Shown here in pieces: positions 9,811 through 20,416 of a stretch of DNA of 64,000 bases. Both the position numbers and the translations under genes were made by a program. The DNA lies in NCBI GenBank assembly GCA_046045965.1, contig JBJOKS010000003.1, positions 1-64,000 of the forward strand, given 5' to 3'. This stretch comes from Cyanobacteriota bacterium. Its GTDB lineage: Bacteria; Cyanobacteriota; Cyanobacteriia; Cyanobacteriales; Nostocaceae. The stretch's first letter is position 1, and every line of letters begins with the position of its first letter. Under the pieces are notes generated by a model. The model did no database searches. It had not been told where the DNA came from and saw nothing but the letters and a program-made list of their open reading frames with translations.

Positions 9811-10386
9811 CTAACTAAAACGATCTAATAATGCTTTTAATCCACCTTGATAGCCAGAACCAACAGCATTTAAACGCCATTCTCCATCCTTCCGATAGAG
9901 TTCAGCCATGATCAATGCAGTTTCAATTGAATAGTCTTCAACTAGGTCGTAGCGAATTACTTCTTGTTTGTTCTGAGCATTGACAACCCGGACAAAAGCA
10001 TTGTGAACTTGACCAAAATTTTGACCCCGTTCTGCGGCTTCATGAATAGTGACAGTAATAACTATTTTTTGAACATCAGCAGGAACTTTTTGCAAATTAA
10101 TTTTGATAACTTCATCATCTCCTTCACCAGCACCTGTTAAGTTATCTCCTGTGTGTTCAACAGATTTAGCTGGATCTGGGCTGATGCGGTTGTTGTAAAA
10201 AATAAAGTGATTATCAGAAATTAGTTTTTCATTACTTCCCAGGATGAAGACTGAAGCATCTAAATCAAAATCAAAGCCAGTATCCATAACTTTGACATCC
10301 CAGCCCAAACCAACAAATACTTCTGTGAGTCCTGGTGCAACTTTATCCAGTGATACTCTTTGTCCTTTAGTCAGTGATATTGCCAT
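9811..10386 (-). CDS. terD: TerD-family protein
   Basis: [35 protein letters not shown] and ELYR..GEW. Confidence 0.92.
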   Translation of the reverse strand: MAISLTKGQRVSLDKVAPGLTEVFVGLGWDVKVMDTGFDFDLDASVFILGSNEKLISDNHFIFYNNRISPDPAKSVEHTGDNLTGAGEGDDEVIKINLQKVPADVQKIVITVTIHEAAERGQNFGQVHNAFVRVVNAQNKQEVIRYDLVEDYSIETALIMAELYRKDGEWRLNAVGSGYQGGLKALLDRFS

Positions 10387-10919
10387 TATTTGCTAGACTC
10401 CCAATTTTTTTTTCTACTGATTTTCTAGTCAATTACTAATATCTGAAGTCCGCTTTCAGAATATGTAATTTTGATAGAAAAATTAATGTAACTATGCAAT
10501 TTACTAGCTCAATCCAAAGGCTGTAACTATTGCCAAATCGGGTAATTTTTTTTGACAAAATATAAATACAGCAATGTTGATGCTAATTTTTTACAGAAAT
10601 GCTTTAAGTACGGACAATATACAACTTAAAACAACATGACAAACCAAACTTAATCTAGTTTTAAACTAAAAGCCTAGATTTGCTGTTTAGGTAATGTTAC
10701 AACGAGATATGCTGTAACAGCAATTTGTTTAATCATTATTAAATATCTTAAGTTTCCTTATGCAATCCGTATTTTTGCTTAATTAATATTTTGTAACCAT
10801 ATACTATTACTTGATCAATCACAAATTGTATCTCTGAAAATATACTTAGCTGAATTTGAGATTTATTTAATATTTATTTACAAAATGATTTTAAGTTTGT
10901 ATAAACCACTAAATATAGG

Positions 10920-10933
10920 GTATGGTAAAATAC
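10920..10933. promoter_or_regulatory. Possible NtcA box (GTA-N8-TAC)
   Basis: GTA TGGTAAAA TAC in the terD/amt divergent intergenic region. Confidence 0.35.
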
Positions 10934-11259
10934 AACGCACGCAAGTATCATAGTCTTAGCAATTTAGCGATCGCCCTACCAATAGAAAACGAATAGCAAA
11001 AAATGTAACTTCCGTTTAATTTTTTGCTAAAATCTTACTACCCTATTAGTTAGCTTATAATAGCTGTTGAATTGCTTGCATCATAATTTTTCAAAATATT
11101 AACCGACTAAATCATTAATAATTTATATACTTAAGTAATCTCTGTCTTGAAGTACATTGCTAATAGCGGCAAATGCTGATATCGCCAAGGATATAAAGGA
11201 TATATTGACATTTCCATCGTTGATCTAGAAGCATAATTTATATCAAAACCATAAAAAAT

Positions 11260-11275
11260 TGTATTTGAAGATACA
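11260..11275 (+). promoter_or_regulatory. Likely NtcA box upstream of amt
   Basis: TGTA TTTGAAGA TACA; cyanobacterial amt genes are established NtcA targets. Confidence 0.6.
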
Positions 11276-11713
11276 GAATATTTAGCAAAATTAACACTAT
11301 TAAATACAGAATCAATCAAATTTATTTGCTAGTTGTTTCACCAACGTCAAGCAGGAGTTAATCTAACTAATTCCTGTATATTCTCGTTCTCAATCATTCA
11401 TTATTGAATTCACTAAATTGTGCCAGATTTAAAACTGCACCTTGACGAGTGATCATCCTTCATGAGAAATAAGGGAATTGTTAATAACAACCAACTCCTA
11501 ATTCCTTTTAGCATAGGGGATTTTTCTTCTTATGCTATTCAAAAAAATGTGTTTTAGCGGAAATAAAAAACCTCTAAAAACTCAAACATCAAAACAATGA
11601 TTTTTCAGATTTATTAGCAAAAATCTTGTGCAATTACCCTCATTAATTTAATTTAATTTATTGGGGTAAAACAAAGAAAATCAATTGAAGCTTTTCTAGC
11701 CATAAAAACAGCA

Positions 11714-13180
11714 ATGAATAATCGTATTCGTCCCTTACACCGCCTACTAGCACTAGCTATAGGCTCAATGGTGTTTGCAATTTTCGCTCCTGCAATTGTG
11801 CAAGCCGCAGATCCACCAACAGTACAATCTTTAGCGGACACAACCACAAAATTACAAATTTCCATTGATACCACCTGGGTACTGCTGACAGGGTTTTTAG
11901 TCTTCTTCATGCAAACTGGTTTCTCCATGTTAGAAGCAGGTTTACTCAGACAAAGAGGAGTAGTCAACGCCTTACTAGAAAACTTCGTTGATGCAGCAGT
12001 AACAATTTTAGTTTGGTGGGGTGTCGGTTTTGGCATCGCCTTTGGTACAAGTGCAGGAGGTTTCATAGGGACAGATACCTTTTTCTTGAGTCAGTTACCC
12101 GGTGCAGATGGTAGCTACCCGATGGGTGCGCCTGGTTCTACTGCTGCAATTAATACCTATACCTTATTCTTCTTCCAATTTGCCTTTGCTGCTACCGCTA
12201 GTACCATCACTACTGGTTCAATGGCGGGAAGAACAGACTTTATTGGTGACTTAATTTACAGCGCCATCATGGGTGCATTTAGTTACCCGCTAATTGTCCA
12301 CTGGGTCTGGAACTCCAACGGTTGGTTATTTAAAATGGGTTTCCTAGACTTTGCCGGTAGTGCGGTAGTTCACAGCGTTGGTGGTTGGACAGCTTTAGTA
12401 GGTGCTTATTTACTAGGACCCCGTCCTGGTCGTCCTGCTTGGGGAACACTCCCACCGGCACACAATTTAGGTTTAGCAGCCTTGGGAACCATGATTTTGT
12501 GGTTTGGTTGGTACGGTTTCAACCCTGGTTCTACCCTCAGCACTGGTAATACTGGTTTAATTGGCTTAGTCATCCTCAATACTACTTTAGGTGCTGGTGG
12601 TGGTGCTTTATCAGCCCTGTTTTATCAATATTTCCGTTCCGGTAAATGGGACTTAGTTTACTGTTTGAATGGTTCTTTAGCTGGTTTAGTAGGAGTTACC
12701 GCCGGTTGTGCTTTTATTTTACCTTGGGCTGCGGTATTAATTGGCTTAACCGGGGGAATTTTAGTAGTTTTGGGAATTGATTTAATTGAAGCAATGCACA
12801 TTGATGACCCTGTAAGTGCCTTTGCCGTTCACGGTATCAATGGCATGATGGGTACTTTAGCGATCGGCTTTTTGGGTCAAAAAGAACTCACTGGTGGTAA
12901 AGCAGGTTTACTTTTAGGTGGTGGTTTTGACTTACTGGGTGTGCAAATTTTGGGTATAGTTGCTATCAGTGCATTTACTATAGCTTTTGCCTTTGCAATG
13001 TTCTTGGGATTAAAAGCCATTGGCAAATTGCGTGTTGATCCTGAAGCTGATAAAATCGGTATCGACTCTTACGAACACGGTGCTACTGTTTGGCCTGATG
13101 TTTACGCAGTGGAAGAGTTTGTTGAAGAACAACAACATCGCTCTAAAAATCCCAGAATTGGCGCTTTTGAGGGTGAATAG
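11714..13180 (+). CDS. amt: Ammonium transporter (Amt family)
   Basis: FMQ.GF..LEAG, FFFQFAFA, DFAGS.VVH, LWFGWYGFN.GS, NG.LAGLV and IDDPV.AF.VHG. Confidence 0.96.
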   Translation: MNNRIRPLHRLLALAIGSMVFAIFAPAIVQAADPPTVQSLADTTTKLQISIDTTWVLLTGFLVFFMQTGFSMLEAGLLRQRGVVNALLENFVDAAVTILVWWGVGFGIAFGTSAGGFIGTDTFFLSQLPGADGSYPMGAPGSTAAINTYTLFFFQFAFAATASTITTGSMAGRTDFIGDLIYSAIMGAFSYPLIVHWVWNSNGWLFKMGFLDFAGSAVVHSVGGWTALVGAYLLGPRPGRPAWGTLPPAHNLGLAALGTMILWFGWYGFNPGSTLSTGNTGLIGLVILNTTLGAGGGALSALFYQYFRSGKWDLVYCLNGSLAGLVGVTAGCAFILPWAAVLIGLTGGILVVLGIDLIEAMHIDDPVSAFAVHGINGMMGTLAIGFLGQKELTGGKAGLLLGGGFDLLGVQILGIVAISAFTIAFAFAMFLGLKAIGKLRVDPEADKIGIDSYEHGATVWPDVYAVEEFVEEQQHRSKNPRIGAFEGE

Positions 13181-13224
13181 AATCAATAGTTATTTGGTAA
13201 TTTTCAATTATTCATAAACAACAA

Positions 13225-13254
13225 GATCCCCGATTTTTTAGATAAGTCGGGGAT
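13225..13254. repeat. GATCCCCGAC...GTCGGGGAT hairpin repeat, possible terminator; related copies near 30050, 34700, 35775 and 58237
   Basis: Imperfect palindrome recurring in intergenic regions. Confidence 0.6.
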
Positions 13255-13388
13255 TTGATTTTTGGGTAATTCGCCCCTCCTGACTCCTGCTGTAAAGACA
13301 AAAATCTGTATAATTTGATTCTAAATCAAGTAAAATTCAGAGTTAAGATGACAAAAATAGGTCAAATTGTAATTGCAACTACAAAAAA

Positions 13389-14654
13389 TTGACAAAATAC
13401 CTACCTAACACAGTGTTTCCAGCCTCGGTTTTTCACCTAGACAACGGGTTGACATTTATTCATCAAGAGATACCCGCTACCCCTGTAGTAGTGGCAGATG
13501 TGTGGGTGCGTGCGGGAGCGACCTTAGAACCAGAACCTTGGTTTGGGATGGCGCACTTTTTAGAACACATGATTTTTAAAGGTACAGCCACCTTAGCACC
13601 AGGGGAGTTTGATTATAACATTGAAAAGATGGGTGGTGTGAGTAATGCAGCGACGAGCCATGATTATGCACATTACTACCTAGCTACAGCTACCCCTTAT
13701 CTAGCAGACACCTTACCCCATTTAGGTGAATTGTTACTCAAAGCGGCAATTTCCGAAGATGAATTTATTCGCGAACGAGATGTAGTGTTAGAAGAAATTC
13801 GCTCTTGTGCAGATGATCCAGATGCGATAGGATTTGAAGCACTGCTGAAAAACGTCTACCAAAACCATCCTTACGGACGTTCTGTATTAGGTACTGAGCA
13901 AGAATTAATGCAGCATTCACCAGAAGCAATGCGTTGTTTTCATCGTTCCCACTACCAACCGGAAAACATGACAGTGGTAATTGTAGGGGGAGTGGAACAG
14001 GAAACAGCTTGGGAACTTGTAAATGAGACATTTACAGATTTTAGCGATCGCTCGCATTGTCCTGTATCCGCAAAAATTGCACCACCAACCATTACAGGTA
14101 TTCAACGACAGGAATTAATTTTACCACGCCTAGAGCAAGCGCGGTTAATGATGGCATGGACAGCACCAGGAATAGAAAAACTCAGAGACACTCATGGTTT
14201 AGATTTACTATCAGTATTATTAGCACAAGGCAGAACTTCCCGGTTAGTGCATGACTTACGGGAAGATAAACAACTCGTACAAGCAATTTGTAGTAATTTT
14301 TCCCTACAACGGGAGTCAAGTTTATTGACAATTACCGCTTGGTTAGAACCAGAATATCTAGAGCGCGTAGAGTATTTAATTCAGGATCATTTACATAATT
14401 TACAAACTACAGGTATTAGCGATCAAGAACTGAACCGCACACAAAGATCACTTTGTAATGACTATGCCTTTGCAACAGAAACACCAAATCAGTTAACATC
14501 TCTCTATGGTTACTATAATACCATTGCCCAAGCTGAATTAGCCGTTGCTTATCCTCAGCAAATTCAGTCCTTTGATCCTCAAGAACTGCAAAAATTAGCC
14601 CAAAATTATCTTTCACCGCAGAATTACGCAGTTACTATTCTCAAACCATATTAG
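13389..14654 (+). CDS. M16 (pitrilysin) family zinc peptidase, catalytic subunit
   Basis: [13 protein letters not shown] (HxxEH), NAAT and ERDVVLEE. Confidence 0.92.
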   Translation: MTKYLPNTVFPASVFHLDNGLTFIHQEIPATPVVVADVWVRAGATLEPEPWFGMAHFLEHMIFKGTATLAPGEFDYNIEKMGGVSNAATSHDYAHYYLATATPYLADTLPHLGELLLKAAISEDEFIRERDVVLEEIRSCADDPDAIGFEALLKNVYQNHPYGRSVLGTEQELMQHSPEAMRCFHRSHYQPENMTVVIVGGVEQETAWELVNETFTDFSDRSHCPVSAKIAPPTITGIQRQELILPRLEQARLMMAWTAPGIEKLRDTHGLDLLSVLLAQGRTSRLVHDLREDKQLVQAICSNFSLQRESSLLTITAWLEPEYLERVEYLIQDHLHNLQTTGISDQELNRTQRSLCNDYAFATETPNQLTSLYGYYNTIAQAELAVAYPQQIQSFDPQELQKLAQNYLSPQNYAVTILKPY

Positions 14655-14667
14655 TCTTTATGGAATA

Positions 14668-14879
14668 GGGACTGGGGACTGGGGACTGGGGACTGGGAAC
14701 TGGGAACTGGGGAAGCAGGGGAAGCAGGGGGAGAATATTAACTTCTGCCTTCTGCCTTCTGCCTCCTGCCTCCTGCCTTCTGCCTTCTGCCTTCTGCCTT
14801 CTGCCTCCTGCCTCCTGCCTTCTGCCTTCTGCCTTCTGCCTTCTGCCTTCTGCCTTCTGCCTCCTGACTCCTGACTCCT
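14668..14879. repeat. STRR tandem arrays (GGGACTG)n, (CTGCCTT/C)n and (CTGACTC)n
   Basis: Direct heptamer tandem repeats between the two M16 genes. Confidence 0.9.
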
Positions 14880-14904
14880 TTAATCATTAACCTATTGAGT
14901 AAGA

Positions 14905-16179
14905 ATGCAAAATATAAATAATTCTAGTTCTTTTATCCATCGCACCGTATTACCAAATGGCATTGTTTTATTAGTATCAGAAAACCCAGCAGCAGATATT
15001 ATTGCGGGGAAAATTTTTATCCGTGCTGGTAGCTGTTATGAAAAAGCAGAAAAAGCAGGTTTAGCACATTTGTTATCAGCAGTGATGACAAAAGGTTGTG
15101 ATGGTTTATCCAGCTTAGAAATTGCCGAAAAAGTCGAGTCTGTGGGAGCAAGTTTAAGTGTTGATGCGGGTACGGATTATTTTTTGCTATCTTTGAAAAC
15201 AGTAACTGCTGATTTTCTAGAGATTTTAGCACTGTCTGGTTTGTTATTGCGATCGCCCACATTTCCCGAAAACCAAATAGAACTAGAAAAGCGGTTAGCA
15301 CTACAAGACATTCGCTCCCAAAAAGAACAACCCTTTAACCTCGCCTTTGAACAAATGCGACAAGCAATGTACCAAGAACACCCTTATTCCAGGTCTGTTT
15401 TAGGTACAGAAACCACCATTAGCAGTATAACTCGTACAGACTTAGCAGAATTTCACCAAGTTCATTTTCGTCCAGATAACATAGTCATTAGCATTGCTGG
15501 ACGCATCACACCAGAAGCAGCACAAGAATTAGTCACAAAAGTTTTTGGTGATTGGCAACCACCAGATCAACTACGGCATATACTAGATTTACCAGCAATT
15601 TCTGTTACACCAAAATCTTGCCTCAAACCCTTAAATACACAGCAGTCAATTGTGATGTTGGGTTATATGGGTACATCAGTCAGCGCCCCTGGATACGCCG
15701 CCCTCAAATTGTTATCTACATACTTGGGAAATGGGCTTTCTAGCCGCTTATTTGTGGAATTACGAGAAAAAAGAGGTTTAGCTTACGAAGTCTCTGCTAT
15801 CTACTCTACACGCCTCTTTCCCGCCTCATTTATAGTGTATATGGGGACAGCACCAGAAAATACCAGTATAGCTCTCGAAGGACTGCGCCAAGAAGTAGAA
15901 AGACTGTGTAATACTGAACTATCAGCAGAGGAACTGCAAACAGCCAAAAATAAAATCCTGGGACAATATGCCTTGGGTAAACAAACTAACGGACAAATTG
16001 CTCAAATATATGGATGGTATGAAATTTTAGGCTTGGGAATTGAATTTGATCAGGAATTTCCCGAACTCATTCACAAAGTCAGTCCTAAGTTAGCAATGAC
16101 AGCAGCTAATAGATATTTACAGGAACCTTATCTATCTTTAGTTGGTCAAGAGGAAGCAATAAAATCAGTTATCAGTTAA
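14905..16179 (+). CDS. M16 family peptidase, non-catalytic partner subunit
   Basis: GLAHLLSAV (degenerate HxxEH) and SSRLFVELREKRGLAY. Confidence 0.9.
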   Translation: MQNINNSSSFIHRTVLPNGIVLLVSENPAADIIAGKIFIRAGSCYEKAEKAGLAHLLSAVMTKGCDGLSSLEIAEKVESVGASLSVDAGTDYFLLSLKTVTADFLEILALSGLLLRSPTFPENQIELEKRLALQDIRSQKEQPFNLAFEQMRQAMYQEHPYSRSVLGTETTISSITRTDLAEFHQVHFRPDNIVISIAGRITPEAAQELVTKVFGDWQPPDQLRHILDLPAISVTPKSCLKPLNTQQSIVMLGYMGTSVSAPGYAALKLLSTYLGNGLSSRLFVELREKRGLAYEVSAIYSTRLFPASFIVYMGTAPENTSIALEGLRQEVERLCNTELSAEELQTAKNKILGQYALGKQTNGQIAQIYGWYEILGLGIEFDQEFPELIHKVSPKLAMTAANRYLQEPYLSLVGQEEAIKSVIS

Positions 16180-16181
16180 CA

Positions 16182-17078
16182 GTGGAAGAAGGCAAAAGGC
16201 AAGAGGACTATAGAAAATTAAGGTGTAAGATGAGCATAAGAATATCCCAGGTAGATTATATGAAATATAAAGTGATAAATAGTATTTTTCACTATTCAAG
16301 AAAAAAACAGTCCTATTGCTTACTTTTATTTTCCTTTACACCTGTACTTGTGACCTCCTCTGCTATGTTATCAATAGCAGCACCTATCCAAATTGCCCAA
16401 GTCAGCACCGTAGGTAACATTAACCGTCCTACCTTGCAAATTGGTAGCCAAGGTGAACGAGTCTCAGAACTGCAAGCAGCACTAATACTGTTAGGCTTTT
16501 ACACAGGTGCAGTAGATGGCATTTATCAAGAAGGTACGGCCAGGGCAGTTTCCCAGTTTAAAAAAGCAGCAGGTTTAAATGCAGATGGTATTGTAGATGC
16601 TATCACTTGGCAAAAACTTTTCCCTAATGTCTCAACTGTTGCAGTCAATACCTCTCCCACTAGTGTTCAACCAACCACCACCAATAATTTAACTGTTCCT
16701 ACTCAACCCAGTAGAAACCCTGTGGTTACTAACACGGTTATACCAAAACCAACTCCTGCAAAACCAACTACAGCTTCCCCAAATAAGCCTAACACAAGCT
16801 TTCAGCCGACTCCAATTAATCTACGAAATCCTAACATTCAATACACTCCAGCCGGATGGCCAATTTTGCGTTTAGGCAACCGTGGCTCAGAAGTAATTAA
16901 GTTACAAAGACTACTACAAACCTTGGGTTTTCTGAAAGGTAGTATAGATGGTGACTTTGGTGTTGGTACTGAAACTGCTGTCAAAGCTGCTCAAGTTCGT
17001 TATGGTTTACAACCAGATGGTGTAGTTGGTGGAGCTACCTGGGAAGCTTTCGTGCAACGACTACCCCAGCAACGGTGA
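16182..17078 (+). CDS. Peptidoglycan-binding domain protein (two PG_binding_1 repeats); true start probably ~16260
   Basis: GSQGERVSELQ...DGIY...DGIVD..TW and G..V..LQ..L..LG...DGDFG..T...DGVVG..TW, separated by a Pro/Thr linker. Confidence 0.88.
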   Translation: MEEGKRQEDYRKLRCKMSIRISQVDYMKYKVINSIFHYSRKKQSYCLLLFSFTPVLVTSSAMLSIAAPIQIAQVSTVGNINRPTLQIGSQGERVSELQAALILLGFYTGAVDGIYQEGTARAVSQFKKAAGLNADGIVDAITWQKLFPNVSTVAVNTSPTSVQPTTTNNLTVPTQPSRNPVVTNTVIPKPTPAKPTTASPNKPNTSFQPTPINLRNPNIQYTPAGWPILRLGNRGSEVIKLQRLLQTLGFLKGSIDGDFGVGTETAVKAAQVRYGLQPDGVVGGATWEAFVQRLPQQR

Positions 17079-17121
17079 AAAAAATTCAACATCTAAAATC
17101 TAAAATCTAAAATAGGGTGAG

Positions 17122-17475
17122 ATGAAAAACTTTTTATTAACTTGGCTTGGTACAGCGTTAGCATTATTAATCACATCTCAAATTGTACCAGGTTTCATGA
17201 TCAAGACTTTTGTAGCGGCATTGTTTGCTGCTATTGTCATTGGCCTTGTAAATGCCATTATCCGCCCAATTTTGAGTGTTTTAGCATTTCCTATCACCTT
17301 AATTACTTTTGGTTTATTTACCTTTGTTATTAATGCTTTAACTCTGTGGTTGGCCAGTGCTATCACTCCCGGTTCAGGTTTTCAAATTCAGGGTTTTATA
17401 CCTGCTTTTCTTGGTTCTATTGTGTTGTCAATAGTTTCTAGTGTTATTAACTATTTTCTACGCGTAGTTGACTGA
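17122..17475 (+). CDS. Phage holin family (YvlD-like) 4-TM membrane protein
   Basis: GLVNAIIRPIL..L.FPIT..T.GLF..VINA motif. Confidence 0.85.
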   Translation: MKNFLLTWLGTALALLITSQIVPGFMIKTFVAALFAAIVIGLVNAIIRPILSVLAFPITLITFGLFTFVINALTLWLASAITPGSGFQIQGFIPAFLGSIVLSIVSSVINYFLRVVD

Positions 17476-17501
17476 AGCAGTCAGGGGGAGAAAATTATGA
17501 A

Positions 17502-17933
17502 TTATGAATTATAAATTACTGCAACTGCTATTGTAACTGCCCCTACTTCCCCTGGTAAACGAAAAATTTGCTTGGGAACTAATAACCTCACTTCTGAAGT
17601 TATTTGAGAAGCCGCAAGAATAGCTGCTGCCTCTGCTACACTTGGTGTTCCCACCTTTTCTGCAATTATTTTTCCAGGGTTGGGAACACTGACAGCAGCT
17701 AAAACTTTTGCGGTGAAGGTTTTTAAAGGCAAGTTATTGACTCGACAAAATTCTCTTAAACCAAATTCAGAAGCTTTAATATCAATGGTAGCAATTCCCG
17801 CTATATCGGTATAGTCTAAATGATATTCTTGCAAAACTTTCTCAATTGCGGCACTAATTAACTGGGGGGAAATTCCTTTTTGACAACCAATTCCCACCCA
17901 TAAAATTTCTGAAGATGATAAATTTACTTGCAA
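17502..17933 (-). CDS. CbiG/CobE C-terminal domain cobalamin biosynthesis protein
   Basis: VGIGCQKG, ATID.KA.E and GTPSVAEAAA. Confidence 0.8.
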   Translation of the reverse strand: MQVNLSSSEILWVGIGCQKGISPQLISAAIEKVLQEYHLDYTDIAGIATIDIKASEFGLREFCRVNNLPLKTFTAKVLAAVSVPNPGKIIAEKVGTPSVAEAAAILAASQITSEVRLLVPKQIFRLPGEVGAVTIAVAVIYNS

Positions 17934-18243
17934 AAGTTTATCATTTAATGATTGTCTAGAAAAAATTTAATTATTTATATATAATTGCGCCAAAAGCTGA
18001 TCAATAAAGAGAAAATCATACCTCAGAAAGATTGATTTTTTATTATTGTACATTTTAATACATCAAAAATGGTAATTTCAATACTTTACCAAAATTAAAA
18101 ACCGATATATTAAGTAAATCTAGCACAGTAGGAAACATCGAAGGATAGGCAAAACAAAGGTAAAAGGTAAATTACGTCTTCAAGTTTACTTTTTCTGCCT
18201 TTGTAGTGCAAGCTTTTGATCTTGATGTTTTAATTTCTTGTTT

Positions 18244-18280
18244 CTCCGTCGTAGCTTTCTTTTCAATAGTTACGGCGGAG
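18244..18280. terminator. Strong hairpin, candidate terminator
   Basis: CTCCGTCGTAGCT ... AGTTACGGCGGAG inverted repeat followed by TTTT. Confidence 0.5.
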
Positions 18281-18286
18281 TTTTGC

Positions 18287-18384
18287 TATAGCAGGAGTCA
18301 GGAGTCAGGAGTCAGGAGTAAAACCCTGTGTTAGTAAGAGTTTCATTATTAATTTATGTCCTAACCATCATGTCCACTGCTATA
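18287..18384. mobile_element. MITE-like element, second copy (inverted relative to 780-884)
   Basis: TATAGCAGGAGTCAGG...GTAAGAGTTTCAT..TTAATT.ATGTCCTAAC...GCTATA. Confidence 0.65.
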
Positions 18385-18417
18385 ACAAAACTATCAGCGG
18401 TCAGTAACAAAAATTCA

Positions 18418-19740
18418 TCAATCCTGCGCCCCAGCTTGTCGTAAAATACGCGCAATTGTGCGATAACTATTAAATTCAGCAATCATTAAAGCTGTATAAC
18501 CACCTTGGTTTTTTAAATTTACATCGGCTCCAGCGGTTACTAACATCTGCACAGCTTGAGTATAACCCTCTGAAGCTGCCCACATTAAAGCCGTTGCACC
18601 AGCAGAGTCCTGAAAATTCACATCTGCACCTTTTTCTAACAGTAGCTTGAATATATCGGGATGGTTACCGACTAAAGCTTTGACTAAAGCAGTTTTACCA
18701 TCATCTGCTAAGGTGTTGATATTAGCACCATTGTCAAGTAATACTTTGACTGTTTGGGTTTGTCCTTGGGATACTGCTAAAGTCAGGGCAACTTCACCAA
18801 AGTTTTTCTTGTCCGTATTCGCCCCAACACGCAACAAAGCTGCAACTATTTCGCTATGTCCTTGAAATGCTGCTATCAGTAAAGGTGTATCTCCAAGATG
18901 ATTTCTAATTTCTACATTTGCACCCCGCTGAAGTAAGATTTGTACTATATCTAGGTAGTCTTCCACAACAGCAAAGTGCAGAGCGGTTTCACCTTCTTTG
19001 TCTTGGTGATTAATTTCTGCACCTGCATCTAATAAAGCTGCAACAATATTACTATGTCCTGCGGCTGCGGCGGCTAATAGTGCTGTACTGCCGTCAGGGT
19101 TTTTGATGTTGGGATCAGCACCGTGGAATAACAGTGTTTGGACTATATCTAAAGATCCCAAGTCTGCGGCTATCATTAAAGGTGTTTCACCTTCTGCATC
19201 TGGGGTATTGACAAATTTACTATTTTGTAGTATAGCTTTAACAATTGCTGTGTAGCCTTGTTTGATGGCGAGTTTTAAAACAGTATCATCATCTTTATCG
19301 GCAATACTAGCATCCGCACCAGCTTTTAAGAGAACTTGTACGACTTCAAGATGACCTTTTTGGGCTGCTGCCATTAAAGCGGTGCTGCCATCTTCATTAA
19401 TGGCGTTGATATCTGCACCTCTAGATATTAAAAGTTTGATAATATCAATCTGATTATTACTAGCGGCTAACATTAACGCTGTTAAACGGTATATTTTTCT
19501 AGGTAGGTTAATATTAGCGCCAAAATCTAAGAGCGATCGCACTATTTCTGTATAACCTAAATTAGCTGCAAACATTAATGCTGTAGTGCCATTGCGATCG
19601 CACCCATCCACCTTAGCACCAGTAGCTAATAGTTCACAAACCCGCTTGATATCGCCGCTTTTTGCCGCATTAAGCAGTAAATTATCATTTTTCTCAATCA
19701 TAAAAAAAATTCCGCCGGAAATTGCTAGATTTAGCGTCAA
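18418..19740 (-). CDS. Ankyrin repeat protein (about 12 repeats); start probably ~19701
   Basis: Repeated G.TALM.AA..G...IV..LL..GA.N units. Confidence 0.95.
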   Translation of the reverse strand: MTLNLAISGGIFFMIEKNDNLLLNAAKSGDIKRVCELLATGAKVDGCDRNGTTALMFAANLGYTEIVRSLLDFGANINLPRKIYRLTALMLAASNNQIDIIKLLISRGADINAINEDGSTALMAAAQKGHLEVVQVLLKAGADASIADKDDDTVLKLAIKQGYTAIVKAILQNSKFVNTPDAEGETPLMIAADLGSLDIVQTLLFHGADPNIKNPDGSTALLAAAAAGHSNIVAALLDAGAEINHQDKEGETALHFAVVEDYLDIVQILLQRGANVEIRNHLGDTPLLIAAFQGHSEIVAALLRVGANTDKKNFGEVALTLAVSQGQTQTVKVLLDNGANINTLADDGKTALVKALVGNHPDIFKLLLEKGADVNFQDSAGATALMWAASEGYTQAVQMLVTAGADVNLKNQGGYTALMIAEFNSYRTIARILRQAGAQD

Positions 19741-19836
19741 AAATTAGTTTGAGATGGTTGTCTACACTTGAGCAAGAGAGAAAAAACAAGACAGTCTTGA
19801 ATCAATTTATGCTAAGTTTTATTAAGATTTAATAAT

Positions 19837-20322
19837 TTGGATAACCAAGCGATGAGTTTAGAACTTTCTCCAGATGTGAAATTTGGGTTAAACTTCCTTC
19901 ACCCAGCAATGATGTGGATATTATTAGCACTATCCTTGTATGCTGCTTACTCAGGTTTACAAGTACAGCGTACCAGAAATGCTTCAGCAGAAGAACGAAA
20001 AGAATTAATTAAAGCCAAATATAATGATAAGCACGAGAAAATGGGGGCTATCATCTTGGCATTGATGGTAGCAGGTTCAATTGGTGGTATGGCTGTTACT
20101 TATATCAATAACGGTAAATTATTTGTTGGACCCCACCTATTAGCCGGTTTAGGGATGACTGGTTTGATCGCATTTTCTGCGTCTTTGTCTCCCTTCATGA
20201 GAAAAGGGGCAAATTGGGCGCGGGCGACTCATATTTTGTTAAATTTCGGAATTTTGGGGCTGTTTATTTGGCAAGCTTTTTCTGGTGTAGAAATTGTCCT
20301 CAGAATTCTCAGCAACGCTTAG
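19837..20322 (+). CDS. DUF4079-like membrane protein
   Basis: HP..MW, H...G, LFVGPHLLAGL and AR..HI.LN conserved His pattern. Confidence 0.75.
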   Translation: MDNQAMSLELSPDVKFGLNFLHPAMMWILLALSLYAAYSGLQVQRTRNASAEERKELIKAKYNDKHEKMGAIILALMVAGSIGGMAVTYINNGKLFVGPHLLAGLGMTGLIAFSASLSPFMRKGANWARATHILLNFGILGLFIWQAFSGVEIVLRILSNA

Positions 20323-20323
20323 A

Positions 20324-20411
<88 letters not shown>

Positions 20412-20416
20412 CATGA

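Noticed and set aside
11131..11319. 62-aa ORF in the amt upstream region
   Set aside because: Non-ATG start, no recognisable motif, and it overlaps the probable amt promoter.
17934..18417. Cobalamin riboswitch upstream of the cbiG-like gene
   Set aside because: I could not find the conserved GGGAA / GCCCCCGCAACTGT / B12-box elements on the minus strand.
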